A DNA stretch of 64,000 bases from Eledone cirrhosa. Taxonomy: Eukaryota. This document shows, in pieces, positions 1 through 15,900 of this stretch. The translations under genes were made by a program, and so were the position numbers. Positions within the stretch are counted from its first letter, which is position 1, and each line of letters opens with the position of its first letter. The stretch is taken from assembly GCA_964016885.1 (NCBI GenBank), contig OZ024752.1, positions 27,590,001 to 27,654,000 on the forward strand, given 5' to 3'. The notes beneath the pieces are model-generated. The model had not been told where the DNA came from, searched no databases, and saw only the letters and a program-made list of their open reading frames with translations.

Positions 1-3000
1 TGGAACTAGTACACACTTCGTGTATCAACACACAAACTGTGGAACTAGTACCAACTTCGGATATCAACACACAAACTGTGGAACTAGTACCAACTTCTTC
101 TATCAACACACAAACTGTGCAACTAGTACCAACTTCGGCTATCAACACACAAACTGTGGACCTAGTACCAACTTCGTCTATCAACACACAAACTGTGGAA
201 CTAGTACCAACTTCGGCTATCAACACACAATCTGTGGAACTAGTACAAACTTCGGCTATCAACACACAAACTGTGGAACTAGTACCAACTTCGGCTATCA
301 ACACACAAACTGTGGAACTAGTACCAACTGCGGCTATCAACACACAATCTGTGGAACTAATACCAACTTCGGCTATCGACACACAAACTGTGGAACTAGT
401 ACCAACTTCGTCTATCAACACACAAACTGTGGAACTAGTACCAACTGCGGCTATCAACACACAAACTGTGGAACTAGTACCAACTTCGGCTATCAACACA
501 CAAACTGTGGAACTAGTACCAACTGCGGCTATCAACACACAAACTGTGGAACTAGTACCAACTTCGGCTATCAACACACAAACTGTGGAACTAGTACCAA
601 CTACGGCTATCAACACACAATCTGTGGAACTAGTACCAACTTCGGCTATCAACACACAAACTGTGGAACTAGTACCAACTTCGGCTATCAACACACAAAC
701 TGTGGAACTAGTACCAACTGCGGCTATCAACACACAAACTGTGGAACTAGTACCAACTGCGGCTATCAACACACAAACTGTGGAACTAGTACCAACTGCG
801 GCTATCAACACACAAACTGTGGAACTAGTACCAACTTCGTCTATCAACACACAAACTGTGGAACTAGTACCAACTACGGCTATCAACACACAATCTGTGG
901 AACTAGTACCAACTTCGGCTATCAACACACAAACTGTGGAACTAGTACCAACTTCGGCTATCAACACACAAACTGTGGAACTAGTACCAACTTAGGCTAT
1001 CAACACACAAACTGTGGAACTAGTACCAACTACGGCTATCAACTCACAAACTGTGGAACTAGTTCCAACTTCGGCTATCAACACACAAACTGTGGAACTA
1101 GTACCAACTACGGCTATCAACACACAATCTGTGGAACTAGTAGCAACTTCGGCTATCAACACACAAACTGTGGAACTAGTACAAACTTCGGCTATCACAC
1201 ACAAACTGTGGAACTAGTACCAGCTTCGGCTATCAACACACAAACTGTGGAACTAGTACCAACTTCTTCTATCAACACACAAACTGTGCAACTAGTACCA
1301 ACTTCAGCTATCAACACACAAACTGTGGACCTAGTACCAACTTCGTCTATCAACACACAAACTGTGGAACTAGTACCAGCTTCGGCTATCAACAGACAAA
1401 CTGTGGAACTAGTACCAAATTCGGCTATCAACACACAAACTGTGGAACTAGTACCAACTTCTTTATCAACACACAAACTGTGCAACTAGTACCAACTTCG
1501 GTTATCAACACACAAACTGAGGAACTAGTACCAACTACAGCTATCAACACACAATCTCTGGAACTAGTACCAGCTTCGTCTATCAACACACAAACCGTGG
1601 AACTAGTACACACTTCGTGTATCAACACACAAACTCTGGAACTAGTACCAACTTCGGCTATCAACACACAAACTGTGGAACTAGTACCAACTTCTTCTAT
1701 CAACACACAAACTGTGCAACTAGTACCAACTTCGGCTATCAACACACAAACTGTGGACCTAGTACCAACTTCGTCTATCAACACACAAACTGTGGGACTA
1801 GTACCAACTTCGGCTATCAACACACAATCTGTGGAACTAGTACAAACTTCGGCTATCAACACACAAACTGTGGAACTAGTACCAACTTCGGCTATCAACA
1901 CACAAACTGTGGAACTAGTACCAACTGCGGCTATCAACACACAATCTGTGGAACTAGTACCAGCTTCGTCTATCAACACACAAACCGTGGAACTAGTACA
2001 CACTTCGTGTATCAACACACAAACTGTGGAACTAGTACCAACTTCGGCTATCAACACACAAACTGTGGAACTAGTACCAACTTCTTCTATCAACACACAA
2101 ACTGTGCAACTAGTACCAACTTCGGCTATCAACACACAAACTGTGGACCTAGTACCAACTTCGTCTATCAACACACAAACTGTGGAACTAGTACCAACTT
2201 CGGCTATCAACACACAATCTGTGGAACTAGTACAAACTTCGGCTATCAACACACAAACTGTGGAACTAGTACCAACTTCGGCTATCAACACACAAACTGT
2301 GGAACTAGTACCAACTGCGGCTATCAACACACAATCTGTGGAACTAATACCAACTTCGGCTATCGACACACAAACTGTGGAACTAGTACCAACTTCGTCT
2401 ATCAACACACAAACTGTGGAACTAGTACCAACTGCGGCTATCAACACACAAACTGTGGAACTAGTACCAACTTCGGCTATCAACACACAAACTGTGGAAC
2501 TAGTACCAACTGCGGCTATCAACACACAAACTGTGGAACTAGTACCAACTTCGGCTATCAACACACAAACTGTGGAACTAGTACCAACTACGGCTATCAA
2601 CACACAATCTGTGGAACTAGTACCAACTTCGGCTATCAACACACAAACTGTGGAACTAGTACCAACTTCGGCTATCAACACACAAACTGTGGAACTAGTA
2701 CCAACTGCGGCTATCAACACACAAACTGTGGAACTAGTACCAACTGCGGCTATCAACACACAAACTGTGGAACTAGTACCAACTGCGGCTATCAACACAC
2801 AAACTGTGGAACTAGTACCAACTTCGTCTATCAACACACAAACTGTGGAACTAGTACCAACTACGGCTATCAACACACAATCTGTGGAACTAGTACCAAC
2901 TTCGGCTATCAACACACAAACTGTGGAACTAGTACCAACTTCGGCTATCAACACACAAACTGTGGAACTAGTACCAACTTAGGCTATCAACACACAAACT

Positions 3001-4700
3001 GTGGAACTAGTACCAACTACGGCTATCAACACACAAACTGTGGAACTAGTTCCAACTTCGGCTATCAACACACAAACTGTGGAACTAGTACCAACTACGG
3101 CTATCAACACACAATCTGTGGAACTAGTAGCAACTTCGGCTATCAACACACAAACTGTGGAACTAGTACAAACTTCGGCTATCACACACAAACTGTGGAA
3201 CTAGTACCAGCTTCGGCTATCAACACACAAACTGTGGAACTAGTACCAACTTCTTCTATCAACACACAAACTGTGCAACTAGTACCAACTTCAGCTATCA
3301 ACACACAAACTGTGGACCTAGTACCAACTTCGTCTATCAACACACAAACTGTGGAACTAGTACCAGCTTCGGCTATCAACAGACAAACTGTGGAACTAGT
3401 ACCAAATTCGGCTATCAACACACAAACTGTGGAACTAGTACCAACTTCTTTATCAACACACAAACTGTGCAACTAGTACCAACTTCGGTTATCAACACAC
3501 AAACTGAGGAACTAGTACCAACTACAGCTATCAACACACAATCTCTGGAACTAGTACCAGCTTCGTCTATCAACACACAAACCGTGGAACTAGTACACAC
3601 TTCGTGTATCAACACACAAACTGTGGAACTAGTACCAACTTCGGCTATCAACACACAAACTGTGGAACTAGTACCAACTTCTTCTATCAACACACAAACT
3701 GTGCAACTAGTACCAACTTCGGCTATCAACACACAAACTGTGGACCTAGTACCAACTTCGTCTATCAACACACAAACTGTGGGACTAGTACCAACTTCGG
3801 CTATCAACACACAATCTGTGGAACTAGTACAAACTTCAGCTATCAACACACAAACTGTGGAACTAGTACCAACTTCGGCTATCAACACACAAACTGTGGA
3901 ACTAGTACCAACTGCGGCTATCAACACACAATCTGTGGAACTAATACCAACTTCGGCTATCGACACACAAACTGTGGAACTAGTACCAACTTCGTCTATC
4001 AACACACAAACTGTGGAACTAGTACCAAATGCGGCTATCAACACACAAACTGTGGAACTAGTACCAACTTCGGCTATCAACACACAAACTGTGGAACTAG
4101 TACCAACTGCGGCTATCAACACACAAACTGTGGAACTAGTACCAACTTCGGCTATCAACACACAAACTGTGGAACTAGTACCAACTACGGCTATCAACAC
4201 ACAATCTGTGGAACTAGTACCAACTTCGGCTATCAACACACAAACTGTGGAACTAGTACCAACTTCGGCTATCAACACACAAACTGTGGAACTAGTACCA
4301 ACTGCGGCTATCAACACACAAACTGTGGAACTAGTACCAACTGCGGCTATCAACACACAAACTGTGGAACTAGTACCAACTGCGGCTATCAACACACAAA
4401 CTGTGGAACTAGTACCAACTTCGTCTATCAACACACAAACTGTGGAACTAGTACCAACTACGGCTATCAACACACAATCTGTGGAACTAGTACCAACTTC
4501 GGCTATCAACACACAAACTGTGGAACTAGTACCAACTTCGGCTATCAACACACAAACTGTGGAACTAGTACCAACTTAGGCTATCAACACACAAACTGTG
4601 GAAGTAGTACCAACTACGGCTATCAACACACAAACTGTGGAACTAGTTCCAACTTCGGCTATCAACACACAAACTGTGGAACTAGTACCAACTACGGCTA
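1..4700. repeat. 1,597-bp (41-monomer minus 2 bp) higher-order repeat, about 2.7 copies plus a 390-bp (10-monomer) partial copy
   Basis: Marker ACACACTTCGTGTATC gives GTG positions 20, 1617, 2007 and 3604 (offsets 1597, 390, 1597). Matching ORF ends at 995/2982/4579 and 1489/3476. Confidence 0.88.
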
Positions 4701-7700
4701 TCAACACACAAACTGTGGAACTAGTACCAACTTCGGCTATCAACACACGAACTGTGGAACTAGTACCAACTACGGCTATCAACACACAAACTGTGGAACT
4801 AGTTCCAACTTCGGCTATCAACACACAAACTGTGGAACTAGTACCAACTTCGGCTATCAACACACAAACTGTGGAACTAGTACCAACTTCGGCTATCAAC
4901 ACACAATCTGTGGAACTAGTACCAACTTCGGCTATCAACACACAAACTGTGGAACTAGTACCAACTACGGCTTTCAACACACAAACTGTGGAACTAGTAC
5001 CAACTTCGGCTATCAACACACAAACTGTGGAACTAGTACCAACTACGGCTATCAACACACAAACTGTGGAACTAGTACCAACTTCGGCTATCAACACACA
5101 AACTGTGGAACTAGTACCAACTACGGCTATCAACACACAAACTGTGGAACTAGTTCCAAGTTCGGCTATCAACACACAAACTGTGGAACTAGTAGCAACT
5201 TCGGCTATCAACACACAAATTGTGGAACTAGTACCAACTTCCGCTATCAACACACAAACTGTGGAACTAGTACCAACTTCGGCTATCAACACACAATCTG
5301 TGGAACTAGTACAAACTTCGGCTATCAACACACAAACTGTGGAACTAGTACCAACTTCGGCTATCAACACACAATCTGTGGAACTAGTACCAACTTCGGC
5401 TATCAACACACAAACTGTGGAACTATTTCCAACTTCGGCTATCAACACACAAACTGTGGAACTAGTATAAACTTCGGCTATCAACACACAAACTGTGGAA
5501 CTAGTACCAACTTCGGCTATCAACACACAAACTGTGGAACTAGTACCAACTGCGGCTATCAACACACAATCTGTGGAACTAATACCAACTTCGGCTATCA
5601 ACACACAAACTGTGGAACTAGTACCAACTTAGGCTATCAACACACAAACTGTGGAACTAGTACCAACTTCGGCTATCAACACACAAACTGTGGAACTAGT
5701 ACCAACTTCGGCTATCAACACACCAACTGTCGAACTAGTACCAACTACGGCTATCAACACACCAACTGTGGAACTAGTACCAACTACGGCTATCAACACA
5801 CAAACTGTGGAACTAGTACCAACTTCGTCTATCAACACACAAACTGTGGAACTAGTTCCAACTTCGTCTATCAACACACAAACTGTGGAACTAGTACCAA
5901 CTTCGTCTATCAACACACCAACTGTGGAACTAGTACCAACTACGGCTATCAACACACCAACTGTGGAACTAGTACCAACTACGGCTATCAACACACCAAC
6001 TGTGGAACTAGTACCAACTTCGGCTATCAACACACCAACTGTGGAACTAGTACCAACTTCGTCTATCAACACACCAACTGTGGAACTAGTACCAACTTCG
6101 TCTATCAACACACAAACTGTGGAACTAGTACCAACTACGGCTATCAACACACCAACTGTGGAACTAGTACCAACTTCGTATATCAACACACAAACTGTGG
6201 AACTAGTACCAACTACGGCTATCAACAAACAAACTGTGGAACTAGTACCAACTTCGGCTATCAACACACAAACTGTGGAACTAGTACCAACTGCGGCTAT
6301 CAACACACAAGCTGTGGAACTAATACCAACTTCGGCTATCAACACACAAACTGTGGAACTAGTACCAACTTCCGCTATCAACACACAAACTGTGGAACTA
6401 GTACCAACTACGGCTATCAACACACAAACTGTGGAACTAGTTCCAACTTCGGCTATCAACACACAAACTGTGGAACTAGTACCAACTTCGGCTATCAACA
6501 CACAAACTGTGGAACTAGTACCAACTTCGGCTATCAACACACAAACTGTGGAACTAGTATAAACTTCGTCTATCAACACACAAACTGTGGAACTAGTACC
6601 AACTTCGGCTATCAACACACAAACTGTGGAACTAGTACCAACTTCGGCTATCAACACACAAACTGTGGAACTAGTACCAACTTCTTCTATCAACACACAA
6701 ATTGTGGAACTAGTACCAACTTCGTGTATCAACACAGAAACTGTGGAACTAGTACCGACTTCGGCTATCAACACACAAACTGTGGAACTAGTATAAACAT
6801 CGTCTATCAACACACAAACTGTGGAACTAGTACCAACTTCGGCTATCAACACACAAACTGTGGAACTAGTATAAACTTCGTCTATCAACACACAAACTGT
6901 GGAACTAGTACCAACTTCGGCTATCAACACACAAACTGTGGAACTAGTATAAACTTCGGCTATCAACACACAAACTGTGGAACTAGTACCAACTTCGGCT
7001 ATCAACACACAAACTGTGGAACTAGTACAAACTTCGGCTGTCAACACACAAATTGTAGAACTAGTACCAACTTCGGCTATCAACACAGAAACTGTGGAAC
7101 TAGTACCAACTTCGTCTATCAACACACAAACTGTGGAACTAGTACCAACTTCGTCTATCAACACACAAACTGTGGAACTAGTACCAACTTCTTCTATCAA
7201 CACACAAATTGTGGAACTAGTACCAACTTCGTGTATCAACACAGAAACTGTGGAACTAGTACCGACTTCGGCTATCAACACACAAACTGTGGAACTAGTA
7301 CCGACTTCGACTATCAACACACAAACTGTGGAACTAGTACCAACTTCTTCTATCAACACACACACTGTGGAACTAGTACCAACTTCGACTATCAACACAC
7401 AAACTGAGGAACTAGTACCAACTTCGGCTATCAACACACAAACTGTGGAACTAGTACCAACTACGGCTATCAACACACAATCTGTGGAACTAGTACCAAC
7501 TTCGGCTATCAACACACAAACTGTGGAACTAGTACCAACTTCGGCTATCAACACACAAACTGTGGAACTAGTACCAACTGCGGCTATCAACACACAAACT
7601 GTGGAACTAGTACCAACTGCGGCTATCAACACACAAACTGTGGAACTAGTACCAACTGCGGCTATCAACACACAAACTGTGGAACTAGTACCAACTTCGT

Positions 7701-10700
7701 CTATCAACACACAAACTGTGGAACTAGTACCAACTACGGCTATCAACACACAATCTGTGGAACTAGTACCAACTTCGGCTATCAACACACAAACTGTGGA
7801 ACTAGTACCAACTTCGGCTATCAACACACAAACTGTGGAACTAGTACCAACTTAGGCTATCAACACACAAACTGTGGAACTAGTACCAACTACGGCTATC
7901 AACACACAAACTGTGGAACTAGTTCCAACTTCGGCTATCAACACACAAACTGTGGAACTAGTACCAACTACGGCTATCAACACACAAACTGTGGAACTAG
8001 TACCAACTTCGGCTATCAACACACGAACTGTGGAACTAGTACCAACTACGGCTATCAACACACAAACTGTGGAACTAGTTCCAACTTCGGCTATCAACAC
8101 ACAAACTGTGGAACTAGTACCAACTTCGGCTATCAACACACAAACTGTGGAACTAGTACCAACTTCGGCTATCAACACACAATCTGTGGAACTAGTACCA
8201 ACTTCGGCTATCAACACACAAACTGTGGAACTAGTACCAACTACGGCTTTCAACGCACAAACTGTGGAACTAGTACCAACTTCGGCTATCAACACACAAA
8301 CTGTGGAACTAGTACCAACTACGGCTATCAACACACAAACTGTGGAACTAGTACCAACTTCGGCTATCAACACACAAACTGTGGAACTAGTACCAACTAC
8401 GGCTATCAACACACAAACTGTGGAACTAGTTCCAAGTTCGGCTATCAACACACAAACTGTGGAACTAGTAGCAACTTCGGCTATCAACACACAAATTGTG
8501 GAACTAGTACCAACTTCCGCTATCAACACACAAACTGTGGAACTAGTACCAACTTCGGCTATCAACACACAATCTGTGGAACTAGTACAAACTTCGGCTA
8601 TCAACACACAAACTGTGGAACTAGTACCAACTTCGGCTATCAACACACAATCTGTGGAACTAGTACCAACTTCGGCTATCAACACACAAACTGTGGAACT
8701 ATTTCCAACTTCGGCTATCAACACACAAACTGTGGAACTAGTATAAACTTCGGCTATCAACACACAAACTGTGGAACTAGTACCAACTTCGGCTATCAAC
8801 ACACAAACTGTGGAACTAGTACCAACTGCGGCTATCAACACACAATCTGTGGAACTAATACCAACTTCGGCTATCAACACACAAACTGTGGAACTAGTAC
8901 CAACTTAGGCTATCAACACACAAACTGTGGAACTAGTACCAACTTCGGCTATCAACACACAAACTGTGGAACTAGTACTAACTTCGGCTATCAACACACG
9001 AACTGTCGAACTAGTACCAACTACGGCTATCAACACACCAACTGTGGAACTAGTACCAACTACGGCTATCAACACACAAACTGTGGAACTAGTACCAACT
9101 TCGTCTATCAACACACAAACTGTGGAACTAGTTCCAACTTCGTCTATCAACACACAAACTGTGGAACTAGTACCAACTTCGTCTATCAACACACCAACTG
9201 TGGAACTAGTACCAACTACGGCTATCAACACACCAACTGTGGAACTAGTACCAACTACGGCTATCAACACACCAACTGTGGAACTAGTACCAACTTCGGC
9301 TATCAACACACCAACTGTGGAACTAGTACCAACTTCGTCTATCAACACACCAACTGTGGAACTAGTACCAACTTCGTCTATCAACACACAAACTGTGGAA
9401 CTAGTACCAACTACGGCTATCAACACACCAACTGTGGAACTAGTACCAACTTCGTATATCAACACACAAACTGTGGAACTAGTACCAACTACGGCTATCA
9501 ACAAACAAACTGTGGAACTAGTACCAACTTCGGCTATCAACACACAAACTGTGGAACTAGTACCAACTGCGGCTATCAACACACAAGCTGTGGAACTAAT
9601 ACCAACTTCGGCTATCAACACACAAACTGTGGAACTAGTACCAACTTCCGCTATCAACACACAAACTGTGGAACTAGTACCAACTACGGCTATCAACACA
9701 CAAACTGTGGAACTAGTTCCAACTTCGGCTATCAACACACAAACTGTGGAACTAGTACCAACTTCGGCTATCAACACACAAACTGTGGAACTAGTACCAA
9801 CTTCGGCTATCAACACACAAATTGTGGAACTAGTATAAACCTCGTCTATCAACACACAAACTGTGGAACTAGTACCAACTTCGGCTATCAACACACAAAC
9901 TGTGGAACTAGTATAAACTTCGGCTATCAACACACAAACTGTGGAACTAGTACCAACTTCGGCTATCAACACACAAACTGTGGAACTAGTACCAACTTCT
10001 TCTATCAACACACAAATTGTGGAACTAGTACCAACTTCGTGTATCAACACAGAAACTGTGGAACTAGTACCGACTTCGGCTATCAACACACAAACTGTGG
10101 AACTAGTATAAACTTCGTCTATCAACACACAAACTGTGGAACTAGTACCAACTTCGGCTATCAACACACAAACTGTGGAACTAGTATAAACTTCGTCTAT
10201 CAACACACAAACTGTGGAACTAGTACCAACTTCGGCTATCAACACACAAACTGTGGAACTAGTATAAACTTCGGCTATCAACACACAAACTGTGGAACTA
10301 GTACCAACTTCGGCTATCAACACACAAACTGTGGAACTAGTACAAACTTCGGCTGTCAACACACAAATTGTAGAACTAGTACCAACTTCGGCTATCAACA
10401 CAGAAACTGTGGAACTAGTACCAACTTCGTCTATCAACACACAAACTGTGGAACTAGTACCAACTTCGTCTATCAACACACAAACTGTGGAACTAGTACC
10501 AACTTCTTCTATCAACACACAAATTGTGGAACTAGTACCAACTTCGTGTATCAACACAGAAACTGTGGAACTAGTACCGACTTCGGCTATCAACACACAA
10601 ACTGTGGAACTAGTACCGACTTCGACTATCAACACACAAACTGTGGAACTAGTACCAACTTCTTCTATCAACACACACACTGTGGAACTAGTTCCAACTT

Positions 10701-10730
10701 CGACTATCAACACACAAACTGAGGAACTAG
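4150..10730. repeat. About 3.3-kb tandem duplication (84-85 monomers)
   Basis: Near-identical ORF pairs 4598/7874 and 5651/8927 (offset 3276 = 84 x 39), and 6977/10292 (offset 3315 = 85 x 39). Confidence 0.85.
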
Positions 10731-13700
10731 TACCAACTTCGGCTATCAACACACAATCTCTGGAACTAGTACCAGCTTCGTCTATCAACACACAAACCGT
10801 GGAACTAGTACACACTTCGTGTATCAACACACAAACTGTGAAACTAGTACCAACTTCGGCTATCAACACACAAACTGTGGAACTAGTACCAACTACGGCT
10901 ATCAACACACAAACTGTGGAACTAGTACCAACTTCGGCTATCAACACACGAACTGTGGACCTAGTGCCAACTTCGTCTATCAACACACAAACTGTGGAAC
11001 TAGTACCAAATTCGGCTATCAACACACAAACTGTGGAACTAGTACAAACTTCGGCTGTCAACACACAAATTGTGGAACCAGTACCAACTTCGTGTATCAA
11101 CACAGAAACTGTGGAACTAGTACCAACTTCGTCTATCAACACACAAACTGTGGAACTAGTACCAACTTCGTCTATCAACACACAAACTGTGGAACTAGTA
11201 CCAACTTCTTCTATCAACACACAAATTGTGGAACCAGTACCAACTTCGTGTATCAACACAGAAACTGTGGAACTAGTACCTACTTCGTCTATCAACACAC
11301 AAACTGTGGAACTAGTACCAACTTCGTCTATCAACACACAAACTGTGGAACTAGTACAAACTTCTTCTATCAACACACAAATTGTGGAACCAGTACCAAC
11401 TTCGTGTATCAACACAGAAACTGTGGAACTAGTACCAACTTCGTCTATCAACACACAAACTGTGGAACTAGTACCAACTTCGTCTATCAACACACAAACT
11501 GTGGAACTAGTACCAACTTCGGCTATCAACACACAAACTGTGGAACTAGTACAGACTTCGTCTATCAACACACAAACTGTGGAACTAGTACCGACTTCGG
11601 CTATCAACACACAATCTGTGGAACTAGAACCAACTTCGACTATCAACACACAAACTGTGGAACTAGTACCAACTTCTTCTATCAACACACAAACTGTGGA
11701 ACTAGTACCAAATTCGACTATCAACACACAATCTGTGGAACTAGTACCAACTTCGTCTATCAACACACAAACTGTGCAACTAGTACCAACTTCTTCTATC
11801 AACACACAAACTGTGCAACTAGTTCCAACTTCGGCTATCAACACACAAACTGTGGAACTAGTACCAACTTCTTCTATCAACACACAAACTGTGCAACTAG
11901 TACCAACTTCGGCTATCAACACACAAACTGTGGACCTAGTACCAACTTCGTCTATCAACACACAAACTGTGGAACTAGTACCAGCTTCGGCTATCAACAG
12001 ACAAATTGTAGAACTAGTACCAACTTCGTCTATCAACACACAAACTGTGGAACTAGTACCAACTACGGCTATCAACACACAATCTGTGGAACTAGTATCA
12101 ACTTCGGCTATCAACACACAATCTGTGGAACTAGTAGCAACTTCGGCTATCAACACACAAACTGTGGAACTAGTACAAACTTCGGCTATCACACACAAAC
12201 TGTGGAACTAGTACCAGCTTCGGCTATCAACACACAATCTGTGGAACTAGTACCAACTTCTTCTATCAACACACAAACTGTGCAACTAGTACCAACTTCA
12301 GCTATCAACACACAAACTGTGGACCTAGTACCAACTTCGTCTATCAACACACAAACTGTGGAACTAGTACCAGCTTCGGCTATCAACAGACAAACTGTGG
12401 AACTAGTACCAAATTCGGCTATCAACACACAAACTGTGGAACTAGTACCAACTTCTTTATCAACACACAAACTGTGCAACTAGTACCAACTTCGGTTATC
12501 AACACACAAACTGAGGAACTAGTACCAACTACAGCTATCAACACACAATCTCTGGAACTAGTACCAGCTTCGTCTATCAACACACAAACCGTGGAACTAG
12601 TACACACTTCGTGTATCAACACACAAACTGTGGAACTAGTACCAACTTCGGCTATCAATAAACAAACTGTGGAACTAGTACCAACTTCTTCTATCAACAC
12701 ACAAACTGTGCAACTAGTACCAACTTCGGCTATCAACACACAAACTGTGGACCTAGTACCAACTTCGTCTATCAACACACAAACTGTGGAACTAGTACCA
12801 ACTTCGGCTATCAACACACAATCTGTGGAACTAGTACAAACTTCGGCTATCAACACACAAACTGTGGAACTAGTACCAACTTCGGCTATCAACACACAAA
12901 CTGTGGAACTAGTACCAACTGCGGCTATCAACACACAATCTCTGGAACTAATACCAACTTCGGCTATCAACACACAAACTGTGGAACTAGTACCAACTTC
13001 GTCTATCAACACACAAACTGTGGAACTAGTACTAACTGCGGCTATCAACACACAAACTGTGGAACTAGTACCAACTTCGGCTATCAACACACAAACTGTG
13101 GAACTAGTACCAACTGCGGCTATCAACACACAAACTGTGGAACTAGTACCAACTTCGTCTATCAACACACAAACTGTGGAACTAGTACCAACTTCGTCTA
13201 TCAACACACAAACTGTGGAACTAGTACAAACTTCTTCTATCAACACACAAATTGTGGAACTAGTACCAACTTCGTGTATCAACACAGAAACTGTGGAACT
13301 AGTACCGACTTCGGCTATCAACACACAAACTGTGGAACTAGTACCGACTTCGACTATCAACACACAAACTGTGGAACTAGTACCAACTTCTTCTATCAAC
13401 ACACACACTGTGGAACTAGTACCAACTTCGACTATCAACACACAAACTGAGGAACTAGTACCAACTTCGGCTATCAACACACAATCTCTGGAACTAGTAC
13501 CAGCTTCGTCTATCAACACACAAACCGTGGAACTAGTACACACTTCGTGTATCAACACACAAACTGTGAAACTAGTACCAACTTCGGCTATCAACACACA
13601 AACTGTGGAACTAGTACCAACTACGGCTATCAACACACAAACTGTGGAACTAGTACCAACTTCGGCTATCAACACACGAACTGTGGACCTAGTGCCAACT

Positions 13701-15900
13701 TCGTCTATCAACACACAAACTGTGGAACTAGTACCAAATTCGGCTATCAACACACAAACTGTGGAACTAGTACAAACTTCGGCTGTCAACACACAAATTG
13801 TGGAACCAGTACCAACTTCGTGTATCAACACAGAAACTGTGGAACTAGTACCAACTTCGTCTATCAACACACAAACTGTGGAACTAGTACCAACTTCGTC
13901 TATCAACACACAAACTGTGGAACTAGTACCAACTTCTTCTATCAACACACAAATTGTGGAACCAGTACCAACTTCGTGTATCAACACAGAAACTGTGGAA
14001 CTAGTACCTACTTCGTCTATCAACACACAAACTGTGGAACTAGTACCAACTTCGTCTATCAACACACAAACTGTGGAACTAGTACAAACTTCTTCTATCA
14101 ACACACAAATTGTGGAACCAGTACCAACTTCGTGTATCAACACAGAAACTGTGGAACTAGTACCAACTTCGTCTATCAACACACAAACTGTGGAACTAGT
14201 ACCAACTTCGTCTATCAACACACAAACTGTGGAACTAGTACCAACTTCGGCTATCAACACACAAACTGTGGAACTAGTACAGACTTCGTCTATCAACACA
14301 CAAACTGTGGAACTAGTACCGACTTCGGCTATCAACACACAATCTGTGGAACTAGAACCAACTTCGACTATCAACACACAAACTGTGGAACTAGTACCAA
14401 CTTCTTCTATCAACACACAAACTGTGGAACTAGTACCAAATTCGACTATCAACACACAATCTGTGGAACTAGTACCAACTTCGTCTATCAACACACAAAC
14501 TGTGCAACTAGTACCAACTTCTTCTATCAACACACAAACTGTGCAACTAGTTCCAACTTCGGCTATCAACACACAAACTGTGGAACTAGTACCAACTTCT
14601 TCTATCAACACACAAACTGTGCAACTAGTACCAACTTCGGCTATCAACACACAAACTGTGGACCTAGTACCAACTTCGTCTATCAACACACAAACTGTGG
14701 AACTAGTACCAGCTTCGGCTATCAACAGACAAATTGTAGAACTAGTACCAACTTCGTCTATCAACACACAAACTGTGGAACTAGTACCAACTACGGCTAT
14801 CAACACACAATCTGTGGAACTAGTATCAACTTCGGCTATCAACACACAATCTGTGGAACTAGTAGCAACTTCGGCTATCAACACACAAACTGTGGAACTA
14901 GTACAAACTTCGGCTATCACACACAAACTGTGGAACTAGTACCAGCTTCGGCTATCAACACACAATCTGTGGAACTAGTACCAACTTCTTCTATCAACAC
15001 ACAAACTGTGCAACTAGTACCAACTTCAGCTATCAACACACAAACTGTGGACCTAGTACCAACTTCGTCTATCAACACACAAACTGTGGAACTAGTACCA
15101 GCTTCGGCTATCAACAGACAAACTGTGGAACTAGTACCAAATTCGGCTATCAACACACAAACTGTGGAACTAGTACCAACTTCTTTATCAACACACAAAC
15201 TGTGCAACTAGTACCAACTTCGGTTATCAACACACAAACTGAGGAACTAGTACCAACTACAGCTATCAACACACAATCTCTGGAACTAGTACCAGCTTCG
15301 TCTATCAACACACAAACCGTGGAACTAGTACACACTTCGTGTATCAACACACAAACTGTGGAACTAGTACCAACTTCGGCTATCAATAAACAAACTGTGG
15401 AACTAGTACCAACTTCTTCTATCAACACACAAACTGTGCAACTAGTACCAACTTCGGCTATCAACACACAAACTGTGGACCTAGTACCAACTTCGTCTAT
15501 CAACACACAAACTGTGGAACTAGTACCAACTTCGGCTATCAACACACAATCTGTGGAACTAGTACAAACTTCGGCTATCAACACACAAACTGTGGAACTA
15601 GTACCAACTTCGGCTATCAACACACAAACTGTGGAACTAGTACCAACTGCGGCTATCAACACACAATCTCTGGAACTAATACCAACTTCGGCTATCAACA
15701 CACAAACTGTGGAACTAGTACCAACTTCGTCTATCAACACACAAACTGTGGAACTAGTACTAACTGCGGCTATCAACACACAAACTGTGGAACTAGTACC
15801 AACTTCGGCTATCAACACACAAACTGTGGAACTAGTACCAACTGCGGCTATCAACACACAAACTGTGGAACTAGTACCAACTTCGTCTATCAACACACAA
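10500..15900. repeat. 2,728-bp tandem duplication (70 monomers minus 2 bp)
   Basis: Identical 554-aa translations at 10819 and 13547; ORFs 12189/14917; private variant TATCAATAAAC at 12653 and 15381, all offset 2728. Confidence 0.9.
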
